Part shown: positions 25,226 to 33,767 of the stretch, piece after piece
Numbering within the stretch: position 1 is the stretch's first letter
Layout: every line of letters begins with the position of its first letter
Source: Pirellulales bacterium
GTDB lineage: Bacteria > Planctomycetota > Planctomycetia > Pirellulales > UBA1268
DNA length: 35,711 bases
NCBI GenBank assembly: GCA_040397635.1
Contig: JBBAVO010000002.1
Coordinates: 1-35,711, forward strand
Reading direction: 5' to 3'
The notes under the pieces: generated by a model
What the model was told of the DNA's origin: nothing
The model's database searches: none
What the model saw: the letters and a program-made list of their open reading frames with translations, nothing else
Program-made: the position numbers and the translations under genes

Positions 25226-26118
25226 GGATTCTTGTTACCGGTGGGTCCGGGTATCTTGGCTCGGCGGTGGTGCCGGCACTGCGGGCTCGCGGCCATGACG
25301 TGGCGACGATCGGCCGTCATCCGGTCTTGGACACTGCCGTCTGCGATCTCACTGACGGGGGGGCCACGCGTGATGCCGTGCGCGCGGTCGGCGAGGTCGA
25401 CGCCGTCGTTCATCTCGCGGCCCGTGCCCACGACTTTCGGGGGTTGGCGATCGACGACCTCGTGCTCGCCAACGTTTCTACGACACGAAACCTAGTCGCT
25501 GCGCTGCGGGCTGAAGGGGCAGTGACAAGCGTGCGATTCGTGCACGCTTCCTCGGTCGCCGTCTATGAACTACTCGACACGAAGCGGCGTGTGACCGCCG
25601 CAGAGTCACCGTACGGCGCCTCGAAACTTGCTGCGGAACAACTGCTCTCCGCGGAGCCATTTCGGAGCCTGTGCGTGCTGCGTTTCGCGCCGATCTACGA
25701 CCCTGCTCACCTACAGGACGTCGCGAAGCGGGTTTTCCTGCCCGGAACTCGCGTGAAACTGCGGCTTTACCCGCCGCCGATGCATAGCCTCTGCTCGCTG
25801 GACCGGGCCGTGCAGTCCCTCGTAGATGCCGTCGAGAAGACTCCTTCCCACGGGAGCTTCGTCGCGAACGCGACCGACCCGCAGCCGATCAGCCAGCGTG
25901 AACTGGTCGGTTGGTTTCCGGGGCTGGCAGTGCCGGTGCCGACGGCGGCATTGAGAGCCTTCGCCCGAGGGCTCTCGCTATGTGGCCAGCCAGGGCGTGC
26001 AGCATCACGCTTGACCTCGAAATTCACCGCCGACACAACGTATCCTCAGGCAATAGCGGTGCATGCCACTTCGGAGTTTCAAGGTGACGTAGGCTTCACA
26101 AAGAGTGCATCTCCATGA
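25222..26118 (+). CDS. NAD-dependent epimerase/dehydratase family SDR
   Basis: VRILVTGGSGYLGSAVV is a Rossmann motif and SPYGASKLAAE is YxxxK. A GTGA overlap joins it to the upstream stop. Confidence 0.85.
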   Translation: MRILVTGGSGYLGSAVVPALRARGHDVATIGRHPVLDTAVCDLTDGGATRDAVRAVGEVDAVVHLAARAHDFRGLAIDDLVLANVSTTRNLVAALRAEGAVTSVRFVHASSVAVYELLDTKRRVTAAESPYGASKLAAEQLLSAEPFRSLCVLRFAPIYDPAHLQDVAKRVFLPGTRVKLRLYPPPMHSLCSLDRAVQSLVDAVEKTPSHGSFVANATDPQPISQRELVGWFPGLAVPVPTAALRAFARGLSLCGQPGRAASRLTSKFTADTTYPQAIAVHATSEFQGDVGFTKSASP

Positions 26119-27095
26119 TAAGAGACCGTCTGCTTCCCCTTGTTCGCGATCCGAGATATCAATATGTTGCACGTGCGGGGCGACTTCTGAAGGTAGCATG
26201 TCGGTCTCAGGCACCGATGGGGCCTATCGTCGTCAAGTCTGTGTGGGGGCTCGCAAATCGTGTCTACGGTCTACTCAATGCAGTGGCCTATGCCGCACGG
26301 TACAAGAGGCCCTTGTATGTCGATTGGACGGACGGGATGTACGCCGAAGTCGGCGTCAACGCGTTCCCGACTGTGTTTTCCCTTCGGGATGTTGAAGTCC
26401 TGGATGGCATGCCGGATCTCAGGAAGCCACTGCCGGAAATATGCAAAGGACGGTTGGCGGAGGATTGCCGGACGCTGTGGGGAACTCGAAAGCAGAGCAT
26501 CTTCGATGGATTTCCCGATTTTGATGGCTGGCATCTCGCGCCACGTGCCGTCTACGATGGTTTCGTGTACTGCTCACGGGCTAGCTATGGTCGGCCCTTT
26601 GCTCTCGCCGCCGGCCTGCCGCTCAGCGCACGTGACGTTTATTCGCGGCATGTGACGTTTTCGCAGTCGATGCAGCGAGACGTAACGCAGCAGGCCGTAC
26701 TCACGGATCAGAGCTGGATAGGTGTGCACTATCGGTGTACGGATCTGAAGACCGACTGCTCTCTTGAGCGAATTGCGGACATCGTGAGGAGCAGCGGATG
26801 CCGAAATGTTTACTGGGCAACGGATTTCGCTGAGAGCCTCGACGCCATCCGCGGCATGCTGCCCGGCCATCGGATCGAGGGAACTGCGCCAGTCTCTGGC
26901 CTCGCGGGCGACGGCAAGGCGTTGCACCTTTCACTTACAGCCGGCCAGTATCATCAGCATTTGACCGGTGCATGCGCGGATCTGCAGTCGTTGAGTGGCT
27001 GCGGAGTGATCGTGCGAAAAAGGCAATCGACGTTTGGCCGGCTGGCCGCAGAGGTGATAGCACCGAAGACACCGCAGCAAATCTTCATCACATAA
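26115..27095 (+). CDS. NodZ/GT23-like glycosyltransferase (alpha-1,6-fucosyltransferase family), tentative
   Basis: WGLANRVYGLLNAVAYAARYKRPLYVDWTDGMY...NAFPTVF parallels NodZ GFGDCLWSLA...AQRTGRTLVIDWRGSCY...NAFPAFF as I recall it. IGVHYRCTDLKTD parallels IGVHVRHGNGED. An ATGA overlap joins it to the upstream gene. Confidence 0.55.
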   Translation: MIRDRLLPLVRDPRYQYVARAGRLLKVACRSQAPMGPIVVKSVWGLANRVYGLLNAVAYAARYKRPLYVDWTDGMYAEVGVNAFPTVFSLRDVEVLDGMPDLRKPLPEICKGRLAEDCRTLWGTRKQSIFDGFPDFDGWHLAPRAVYDGFVYCSRASYGRPFALAAGLPLSARDVYSRHVTFSQSMQRDVTQQAVLTDQSWIGVHYRCTDLKTDCSLERIADIVRSSGCRNVYWATDFAESLDAIRGMLPGHRIEGTAPVSGLAGDGKALHLSLTAGQYHQHLTGACADLQSLSGCGVIVRKRQSTFGRLAAEVIAPKTPQQIFIT

Positions 27096-28002
27096 GCGTA
27101 GGGCGTTACCGGCGCTCCGAGTCAGTAGTGAATTGTCTGCTCGGCCGCGACACGCGCGACGGCGACATGTTCCTCGCGAGGCCTCTGTTGGTCCGCAAGA
27201 AGGTTGACGATTACGGTGTTGGCGGTCAGCAATCAGGATTGCCGTGACTGGAATTGTGTGTGCGACGCCATCAAAAAGCGCAGGCATTTGCGTGACGCGT
27301 GTGAGTCGTGTTGCTTTACACGAAGGGGCTCGCGTTCGCGGGTGTCGCAGCGACCCTGTCGGATCTCAGACGACAGTCGGTAGTGGCGGCATTGGTTTTT
27401 CAGTCATCGGCTAATTGGATTGCGTGACAAACCGCCGGCTCGAGCTCCGCGACTGATCACCGGCGAACATATCGCCACAGTTGTGGCGAATGCAACGAAA
27501 TCAAATCTCAAGAACGCGGCGCGATGGAGTACCCGTTCAATGGCGGATACGGCCGAGCTTCGCCAAAACGGCAAGCGGTCGAGTGTGGCGGGCTTTAGGG
27601 CTGTAACCCGATCGAGGCTACGTTGGCGATCCACGACAACCTTTGGTGTGACGAGCTGGCTTGTGGGGCGGTCGGCCTTTACATGAGCCCGCGAGACACT
27701 GGTCGTCGCTGATCGTCGACTCATCGAAGAGCAAATGCTTGCTTGGGGCATTGGCCGGGCTATCCTTTGCAACCAGCTACGAGTTATCATCCGACCTGCT
27801 ACACGCACCACGATCCGTACACAATCTGACTGCAATAAGGTTTTCAAGCGAGGTGTCAGCCGCCTTTGCATCGGTGTCGTTTGCAGCAGGGCTGCCGAGG
27901 AGCATCAAGTCGCCGGTCCACCGGGTGCGGTTCTGACTCAAACGTGCTACACCACTGCATCGGCCACTGAGGGGGCGCTGAAATGCCTTATCGGGAGCAA
28001 CA
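27096..28002. other. Roughly 0.9 kb spacer with no credible ORF; possibly decayed gene remnants
   Basis: Only short or arginine-rich ORFs occur in any frame, and the 26-gene co-directional array ends here. GC is visibly lower than in the flanking operon. Confidence 0.5.
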
Positions 28003-28791
28003 ATGAGCACATTCCTGCAGAAGATCCATAAATTGATCCGGGTGTTCAATAACATCACTCGCTATCCTGGTGTGATTTATTTCGATGCGCCTCCCGTGCT
28101 GAAACTTTTGGGAGGAATCACTCGCCCACTGCCTGCGACGCATTATTCACAAGCGTCTCAGGACGCTGTGCTTTTCAACACCTTTCGGTCTCAGATTGAA
28201 CGAGGCCTGATCCCTAAGGTGTTTATAGACGTCGGCGCAAACGACCCGTTGCTTCACAGCAATTCTAGGTTCTTCGAATCGCAACTCGGTTTCAAAGTCC
28301 TGGCCGTGGATGCGCTGTCGGAGATGGAAGCGAGTTGGCGACAGCACCGCCCCGACGCGGAGTTCGTCTGTAGTGCAGTTGGACGATGGCCCGGTGAATT
28401 GGAGTTCGACGTGGTAGCTGCTGGGGGCTCCGCCAGTATGTTGTCATCCGTTGCCGGCGCATCATCAAAGGCCAGCGGCCTAATGGCTCAGCGGCGGAGG
28501 GTGGCGGTCAAGACGTTGTCTCAGATTGTCGGCGAACGTGGTGTTGAGATGGCTGGCATCGTCAGCATGGACATCGAAGGTTATGAGTTTGAGGCACTTT
28601 CCGGGATAGATTTTACACGCTTTAAGTCCAGCATATTTCTCATTGAAAACAACGCCGATATGGGCGTTGGCAAAAATAACGTTCGGGACCTGATGCTTCG
28701 CAACGGCTATGTGTATTTTGCAAATATATGGCAGTTCGATGACATTTTTGTGCACAGGACCATGCTCAGTGGGGAACCTCTTCATAATTAA
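28003..28791 (+). CDS. FkbM-family methyltransferase (second copy), atypically low GC
   Basis: VFIDVGANDPLLHSNS...VLAVDAL and IVSMDIEGYEFEALSGI are FkbM motifs. Hand-counted 60-nt lines in this gene range from 38% to 60% GC, against about 65% for a typical line elsewhere. Confidence 0.8.
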   Translation: MSTFLQKIHKLIRVFNNITRYPGVIYFDAPPVLKLLGGITRPLPATHYSQASQDAVLFNTFRSQIERGLIPKVFIDVGANDPLLHSNSRFFESQLGFKVLAVDALSEMEASWRQHRPDAEFVCSAVGRWPGELEFDVVAAGGSASMLSSVAGASSKASGLMAQRRRVAVKTLSQIVGERGVEMAGIVSMDIEGYEFEALSGIDFTRFKSSIFLIENNADMGVGKNNVRDLMLRNGYVYFANIWQFDDIFVHRTMLSGEPLHN

Positions 28792-29071
28792 AAAGGTTCG
28801 TGGTTGACAAACCCGCGAATCACCCGTCGTGTGCCTTGGACTGTGTCACTAACCGGGAGCACCTGTTTAACACATGCAGTGTCGTGCGGAGACCACGGCA
28901 AGCGAATGGAAAGTCTGTTGTCAGGCGAGCGGATCCAAGTGGATACGGCAGGCGTGATTGCCTTTGGGAGGCCTTTTGCGAGCCACTAGCGTCATTTCGT
29001 TGGGCAAGTCCGGCACTCGCGCTGGCTTGACGGCCGTCCGAGCGTGATCGGTGCTGTGGACCAATGAATTG

Positions 29072-30274
29072 CTAGTTCCGTTTCCCGAGCAGATTGGTAA
29101 AGTTCAGGATCCGCTCGGCCTGCGTTCGCCAGGTGACTCCCTCTACGGCGGCCCGGGCGCGGTTTCCGAACGCGGCCCGCTCCGTCGTCGGCAGGACTAT
29201 CGTGTGCTCGATACAGCGTGCAAGGCCCTCGGGCGTCTCGTCTTCGAGCACGATGACATCGCTGCCATAGTGTTCGGCCACATCGGAGGTTGCGGTGGAA
29301 ATGATGGGCCGGCCGGCCGCGAGGTATTCCATAAGTTTCGACGGGAAGTTGTAGCGGTTCTCCAGTAGCCGGGATGGCCTCGGATTCACGAGCACCGCCG
29401 CCCGCTGCAACATGGTGCTGTACTCCTCTTCGGTCACAAATCCAAAAAAACGGATACGGGGATCCGAGGCGGCCTGCCGCTTGAGTTTCTCTTCCAGCGT
29501 CCCCCGGCCGCTGAACCAGAATTCCAGCGTGGTGTCTTTCACGTGTGGGATGGCATCCAGCAGAAGGTTCACGCCAGCGGCTTCCGACAACGCGCCGGCG
29601 AAGTAGGCGGCGCGGGCCGCAGGCTCCGCGGGCGGCTGTGGTAGATCGAGCAGGTAGGAGGCGGGTGGCCGCACCATCCGCATCGAGGGCTTGCCAAGGC
29701 GGAAATCGTTGGTCGTGTGCGATGAAAACACGATCGTGCCAGGCGAGAGCCGAACCATCAGCGTCTGCAGCCAGTTGCGCAACCTGGTGACCGGCGGCTG
29801 GCCGGGCTGAGAGCAGGTCAGGTCGGCGACGATCGTCGCAACCGGGATGCCGAACCACCATCCCGCGATGAGCGCCGGCGCCGTGAACCGGGTGAGCGGA
29901 TTGGCGACGAGGATGGCGTCGGGCCGTCCGTCGGGCCAGCGGCCGAAAAGCCACCGCATCATCGACACGACCTGCGTGAGGATCTGCAGCGGCCCAAGTG
30001 CGAAGGAGGGCAGTTCCTCGATGACGAGCCCTTCCCCGATGACGCTGCGCTTGTATGTCCGCCACCGCGGCCGGGCCTTCCAGGCCGAGCATCCTGGCAG
30101 GCTGAGGCCTGTCACGCGGACCCCGCCGGATTCCCGCAGCGCATGCATCAACTCCAATTGCGTGGTGTTGTGTGCTGCAGACGCCCAAGGATTCCGTGCG
30201 CAGTCTTCGGGCGTCTGCATTGCGCCGATGAATGCCACATGCTTCACATCGATGCTCCTGGAACCCTTTTTCAC
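29072..30274 (-). CDS. GT4 (GT1-superfamily) glycosyltransferase
   Basis: The C-terminal domain reads VLVNPRPSRLLENRYNFPSKLMEYLAAGRPIISTATSD, and the length is typical of a GT-B enzyme. The overlapping 28992-30188 minus ORF is an alternative-frame shadow. Confidence 0.85.
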   Translation of the reverse strand: MKKGSRSIDVKHVAFIGAMQTPEDCARNPWASAAHNTTQLELMHALRESGGVRVTGLSLPGCSAWKARPRWRTYKRSVIGEGLVIEELPSFALGPLQILTQVVSMMRWLFGRWPDGRPDAILVANPLTRFTAPALIAGWWFGIPVATIVADLTCSQPGQPPVTRLRNWLQTLMVRLSPGTIVFSSHTTNDFRLGKPSMRMVRPPASYLLDLPQPPAEPAARAAYFAGALSEAAGVNLLLDAIPHVKDTTLEFWFSGRGTLEEKLKRQAASDPRIRFFGFVTEEEYSTMLQRAAVLVNPRPSRLLENRYNFPSKLMEYLAAGRPIISTATSDVAEHYGSDVIVLEDETPEGLARCIEHTIVLPTTERAAFGNRARAAVEGVTWRTQAERILNFTNLLGKRN

Positions 30275-30339
30275 GCCATCAATCCTACCACCGATGTCAT
30301 TCGCATGACCAGAATCAGATGTCGAGCAAACGGCACGGT

Positions 30340-31284
30340 ATGATGGCTGTTATGAAACCCATCACAGCGAGAATTGTCGCAGGCATCGCCGTTGCGGCGC
30401 TGCTGCCGATCGTCGGATTCGCGGCAGAGGAGATGACGAGCCTGCCTGATGCGCCAGGCAAGCATTATCTCTACAAGCATTCTGCCGGGAAGCCCCGAGG
30501 GGTCGAGGTGTTTTTTCCCGAGGGGCATGATCCCGCCACGAAAAAGGTGCCAGGCATTCTCCTGTTCCATGGGGGCAACTGGACAGACGGCAGCCTCGCC
30601 GGCTTTCGCGGTGAATGCCGTTACTTCGCGAGCCGCGGGCTGGTGGCCGCGACTGCGGACTATCGGATGCTCTTGCCGTACGGGCCGGAAAAGGAGAAAG
30701 ACCCGGCCACCGGCATGACCCGCAAGCAGGTCTGCGTGAGGGATGGGAAGTCAGTGATCCGCTGGTTCAAAGAATATGCCGAGGCACTGGGGGTCGATCC
30801 CGAGCGGATCATCGTTGGCGGTGGTTCGGCGGGGGGGCACATCGCCGTGCTCGCTTCGACCACTCCCGATCTCGACGATCCAGCCGATCCGCCTGGCATC
30901 GACACATCGGTGGCGGCGTACGTGCTCTGGGCGCCGGCCTGCACGGAAGCCGACGCGAATGATCCGCCGATCGACGCGCGTCGGCATGTGGGGAAGAGCT
31001 TCGCGCCTGCGGTGGTATTTTTCGGGACGGAGGATACCTGGCTCAAGCACTGGAACAATCTGACGCTCTATTCCATCCGGCCACGGGGCGGTGCGGAGCC
31101 AGTCGTGTGGTACGTGCAGGGCGGAGACCATGCCGTGCTGGGAAGACCTGAGTGGCGCTTGGCAACCCTGGCCGCAGCGGATCGGTTTCTCGTCGACCGC
31201 GGCTTTCTGACGGGCGAGAGCACGCTGCCGGCGTCGCCGGGTGGCAAGAAGTTGACGCCCGCCGCAACGATGCCCGGAAAATAA
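30340..31284 (+). CDS. Secreted alpha/beta-hydrolase (esterase/carbohydrate esterase-like, Abhydrolase_3/BD-FAE type)
   Basis: The signal peptide is MKPITARIVAGIAVAALLPIVGFAAEE. ILLFHGGNW is the HGG oxyanion motif and VGGGSAGGH is the GxSxG nucleophile. Candidate Asp and His residues lie in FGTEDTW and GGDHAV. The start is ambiguous (30319, 30340, 30343 or 30352). Confidence 0.8.
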   Translation: MMAVMKPITARIVAGIAVAALLPIVGFAAEEMTSLPDAPGKHYLYKHSAGKPRGVEVFFPEGHDPATKKVPGILLFHGGNWTDGSLAGFRGECRYFASRGLVAATADYRMLLPYGPEKEKDPATGMTRKQVCVRDGKSVIRWFKEYAEALGVDPERIIVGGGSAGGHIAVLASTTPDLDDPADPPGIDTSVAAYVLWAPACTEADANDPPIDARRHVGKSFAPAVVFFGTEDTWLKHWNNLTLYSIRPRGGAEPVVWYVQGGDHAVLGRPEWRLATLAAADRFLVDRGFLTGESTLPASPGGKKLTPAATMPGK

Positions 31285-31287
31285 TCG

Positions 31288-32529
31288 CTAGTCGGCAGCG
31301 TTCAGCACGGCTTGGTACACGTCGGCATACTGCGCTGCGACGACACGTGAATCCCAGAGTCGGCAGGCCCGCTCACGGGCCGCGAGTCCCAAGGCGCGTC
31401 CCTGCGCTTCGGCCTCGAGCACCCACGCGATGCCATCGGCAAGGTCCTGCACCTCGAAGGGCTTGGCGAGATATCCCGTGTTTCGATGGTCAACGATGTC
31501 GGCCAAGCCCGTGTTGTCGAACGCCACCACGGGGGTGCCGCAGGCGTGGGCCTCCGATGCGGTCTGTCCGAATGCCTCGAGCCGGGACGGCACAGCCACC
31601 ACGTCGGCTGCGCTGTAGAGCAGTCGCAGGCTCACGTCATCGTGCAGGTAGCCCGTGTAGCGGATGGGAAAGCCGAGGTCCGGGGGCGTTTGGGGGGCCA
31701 ACTGGCCGAAGACGACCAGCTCCAAGTCATTCACCCGGCCTCGCAGTTGTCTTACCGCCCCGCTGAGCAGGTCGAAGCCCTTCCGTGGATCGTCGCCGCC
31801 GCCAAACGCGCCAAACACCAGGAGCGGAGCGTCCGCGGGGAGGTTCAGCAGCCGCCGGGCCAGCGGCTTTTCGATCGGGCTCCATACCTCGGTGTCGATC
31901 GGATTAGGAATCACCGCCACGGGCCAATCGCGCATGAGCGCGCTTTCGCGAGCGCAACCCGCCAGCCATCGGCTGGCGGTCACGAGTTGGAATGGCCGCC
32001 GCCAGTGCCGCTTTTTGCGCCGCCATGTCCAGCGGTTCAAGTCAAAGCCAGACTCGTGCGAAGGCCGGTTTGACCGGGAATAGCCGTCGCGCCAGCGGAG
32101 GTCGTCGGCATAGTGTTCCGCCCCGCAGAAGGCCCACATGTCGCAGAGCTTCCAGACCGTGGGCTTTCTGAGTCGGCCGATGTCGGCGATCGACATCATC
32201 TCGCCGTTGATCCAGTGGAGGTGAACGACGTCGGCATCGGAGGCGTTGAGCCGTCTGGCCCAGCGGGAGGGAATGCAGGCAGGGGAGTGCAGCGACGGGT
32301 TTTGAGTTTTCAACAGCGATCGCAATGGCAATGCGAGGCTGCGGCGCGACTTTGCCCAGAGCCGGCCGAACGACGTGGCCGGTCCAGTCACGGTCCAGTC
32401 GTTCAACGTCGCATTGTTGACCAGCATCGTGGAGTCAACGCCGTGGTCACGCACCGCATGATGGATACGGTAGGCGGCGCGGGCCGCACCGCCGATGGAG
32501 TCTGAGGAGGTGACGTGAACGACGTTCAT
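31288..32529 (-). CDS. GT4 (GT1-superfamily) glycosyltransferase
   Basis: The N-terminus is MNVVHVTSSDSIGGAARAAY. The C-terminal region reads VVAVPSRLEAFGQTASEAHACGTPVVAFDNTGLADIV. Confidence 0.9.
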   Translation of the reverse strand: MNVVHVTSSDSIGGAARAAYRIHHAVRDHGVDSTMLVNNATLNDWTVTGPATSFGRLWAKSRRSLALPLRSLLKTQNPSLHSPACIPSRWARRLNASDADVVHLHWINGEMMSIADIGRLRKPTVWKLCDMWAFCGAEHYADDLRWRDGYSRSNRPSHESGFDLNRWTWRRKKRHWRRPFQLVTASRWLAGCARESALMRDWPVAVIPNPIDTEVWSPIEKPLARRLLNLPADAPLLVFGAFGGGDDPRKGFDLLSGAVRQLRGRVNDLELVVFGQLAPQTPPDLGFPIRYTGYLHDDVSLRLLYSAADVVAVPSRLEAFGQTASEAHACGTPVVAFDNTGLADIVDHRNTGYLAKPFEVQDLADGIAWVLEAEAQGRALGLAARERACRLWDSRVVAAQYADVYQAVLNAAD

Positions 32530-32563
32530 GATGACAACTGACCGGCCGGAGCGGGAACCGTTT

Positions 32564-32593
32564 TTGATGCCTTTTCCCGCTGCGAGCTAGGAT
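32564..32593 (+). promoter_or_regulatory. Candidate sigma70-like promoter in the divergent intergenic region
   Basis: TTGATG (32564-32569), an 18-nt spacer and TAGGAT (32588-32593) lie about 45 nt upstream of ATG 32638. The match is only partial, and promoter rules for this unknown taxon may differ. Confidence 0.25.
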
Positions 32594-32637
32594 AGTTGGA
32601 AAGTACGCCCGAGGAATAGCAGCTTGCGAATTCCGCC

Positions 32638-33639
32638 ATGAACACCCGCACAGGATCAGCGTCGTTGTCGGCTCCGGCACGGCCCGGAACTGGGATCGTG
32701 CTTCCTGCAGCGTATCGTGTCCTGCCGGCGACTGTGCCATTCCACGTGCCTGGGTTTGAGCGGCAGCGAAATCTGGCTGGCGTCGTCTTCGCGCCCGAAC
32801 CGGTTGACTGCCGCGAATGGTTCGAGCGATTTACGGCTCGGGTGTCGAACGCTATAGGCTCGACCTATCTGCCGGTCTGTCGCATGAGCGACGGCGAGTT
32901 TCTCCTGCTATTCGGCTTCCAGCCTCCGAGCATCCGGTTGCCGATGGCACGTCGCGCATGGATTCGCTGTCTGCAGGCCCGCGAAATGATTCGTCATCGC
33001 ATCGGCGGGTTTCGGGCCGAAACCGCTCCGGGCGTCTCGTCGGGCGCCATGTCGCACGCCGAGCGTCTGACGCTCGCTCCCGTCCTCTCCAAACAATATG
33101 CAGAGATCGCCAACGAGGGGATCCTCGGGCTGCACTTGATTTATGCAACGAATCCGTTTCAGGAGCAGTATTTCCCGGCGGTTCGAAAATGGCTGGCAGA
33201 GCATGCGGTCAGGCTCACGCTCGACAACTATGTGCCATTTTATTTTGTGTACGCCCTGCTGCGCGGGCCCGCGTTCCCTTCGCTGATCGCCGGCCGGAGG
33301 GTGCTCGTCGTTCATTCCGCCACGGGCGACAAGCGAGAGGCGATTACCCGATCGATCAATGAAGCGATGCCCCGGGGTGTCGAGTGGCTGAGCATCTCGG
33401 CAACCCGGTCATTCGCCGACACGCTCGACCTGACCCGCCTGCAGGACCGGCCTGACATTTGCCTGCTTGGCGGCGGTGTCGGTAAGGCGCACCTGTTCCC
33501 CCAGCTCCGACCGCTCGGCATTCCCTGTATCGACGCGGGCTTCGCGTTCGAAGTATGGTCCGATCCGGAGAAACAATGGGACCGCCCCTACATGACACCT
33601 GACAGCGGCTTCGATGCCTCGCGTGTCCGTTTCGGCTGA
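32638..33639 (+). CDS. Uncharacterised soluble protein, paralogue of 19904-20932; possible GT-D/DUF1792-like glycosyltransferase
   Basis: CRMSDGEF, NYVPFYFVYALL, GRRVLVVHS, GGGVGKAHLFPQLRPLGIPCIDAGF and WDRPYMTPD are collinear with the same blocks in 19904-20932. Confidence refers to it being coding. Confidence 0.75.
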   Translation: MNTRTGSASLSAPARPGTGIVLPAAYRVLPATVPFHVPGFERQRNLAGVVFAPEPVDCREWFERFTARVSNAIGSTYLPVCRMSDGEFLLLFGFQPPSIRLPMARRAWIRCLQAREMIRHRIGGFRAETAPGVSSGAMSHAERLTLAPVLSKQYAEIANEGILGLHLIYATNPFQEQYFPAVRKWLAEHAVRLTLDNYVPFYFVYALLRGPAFPSLIAGRRVLVVHSATGDKREAITRSINEAMPRGVEWLSISATRSFADTLDLTRLQDRPDICLLGGGVGKAHLFPQLRPLGIPCIDAGFAFEVWSDPEKQWDRPYMTPDSGFDASRVRFG

Positions 33640-33767
33640 GAATGCACCCACGGATGGGGCAGAAGGTGGAGCGTCTGAGTGCGCTGCCGTCTGCCAGCCC
33701 TCGCGGCAACTTGACTGGTGTCATCAGCCTGACGGACAATCCTTTCACAATCTGGACGCCCGCCCGC

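Noticed and set aside
27355-27385. Small hairpin CTGTCG-N9-CGACAG in the spacer, considered as a terminator of the long array
   Set aside because: It is a 6-bp stem with no T-tract, lying about 260 nt downstream of the last stop. This is too weak to call.
27404-27871. 155-aa minus-strand ORF in the spacer
   Set aside because: It is arginine/serine-rich with no motif and no plausible RBS context. Neighbouring frames are equally broken. It is more consistent with non-coding or decayed sequence, although blastx should be run.
28800-29030. 76-aa and 61-aa plus-strand ORFs in the convergent gap after the low-GC FkbM gene
   Set aside because: They are short, begin at non-ATG codons and show no recognisable features. 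There is no support beyond being open.
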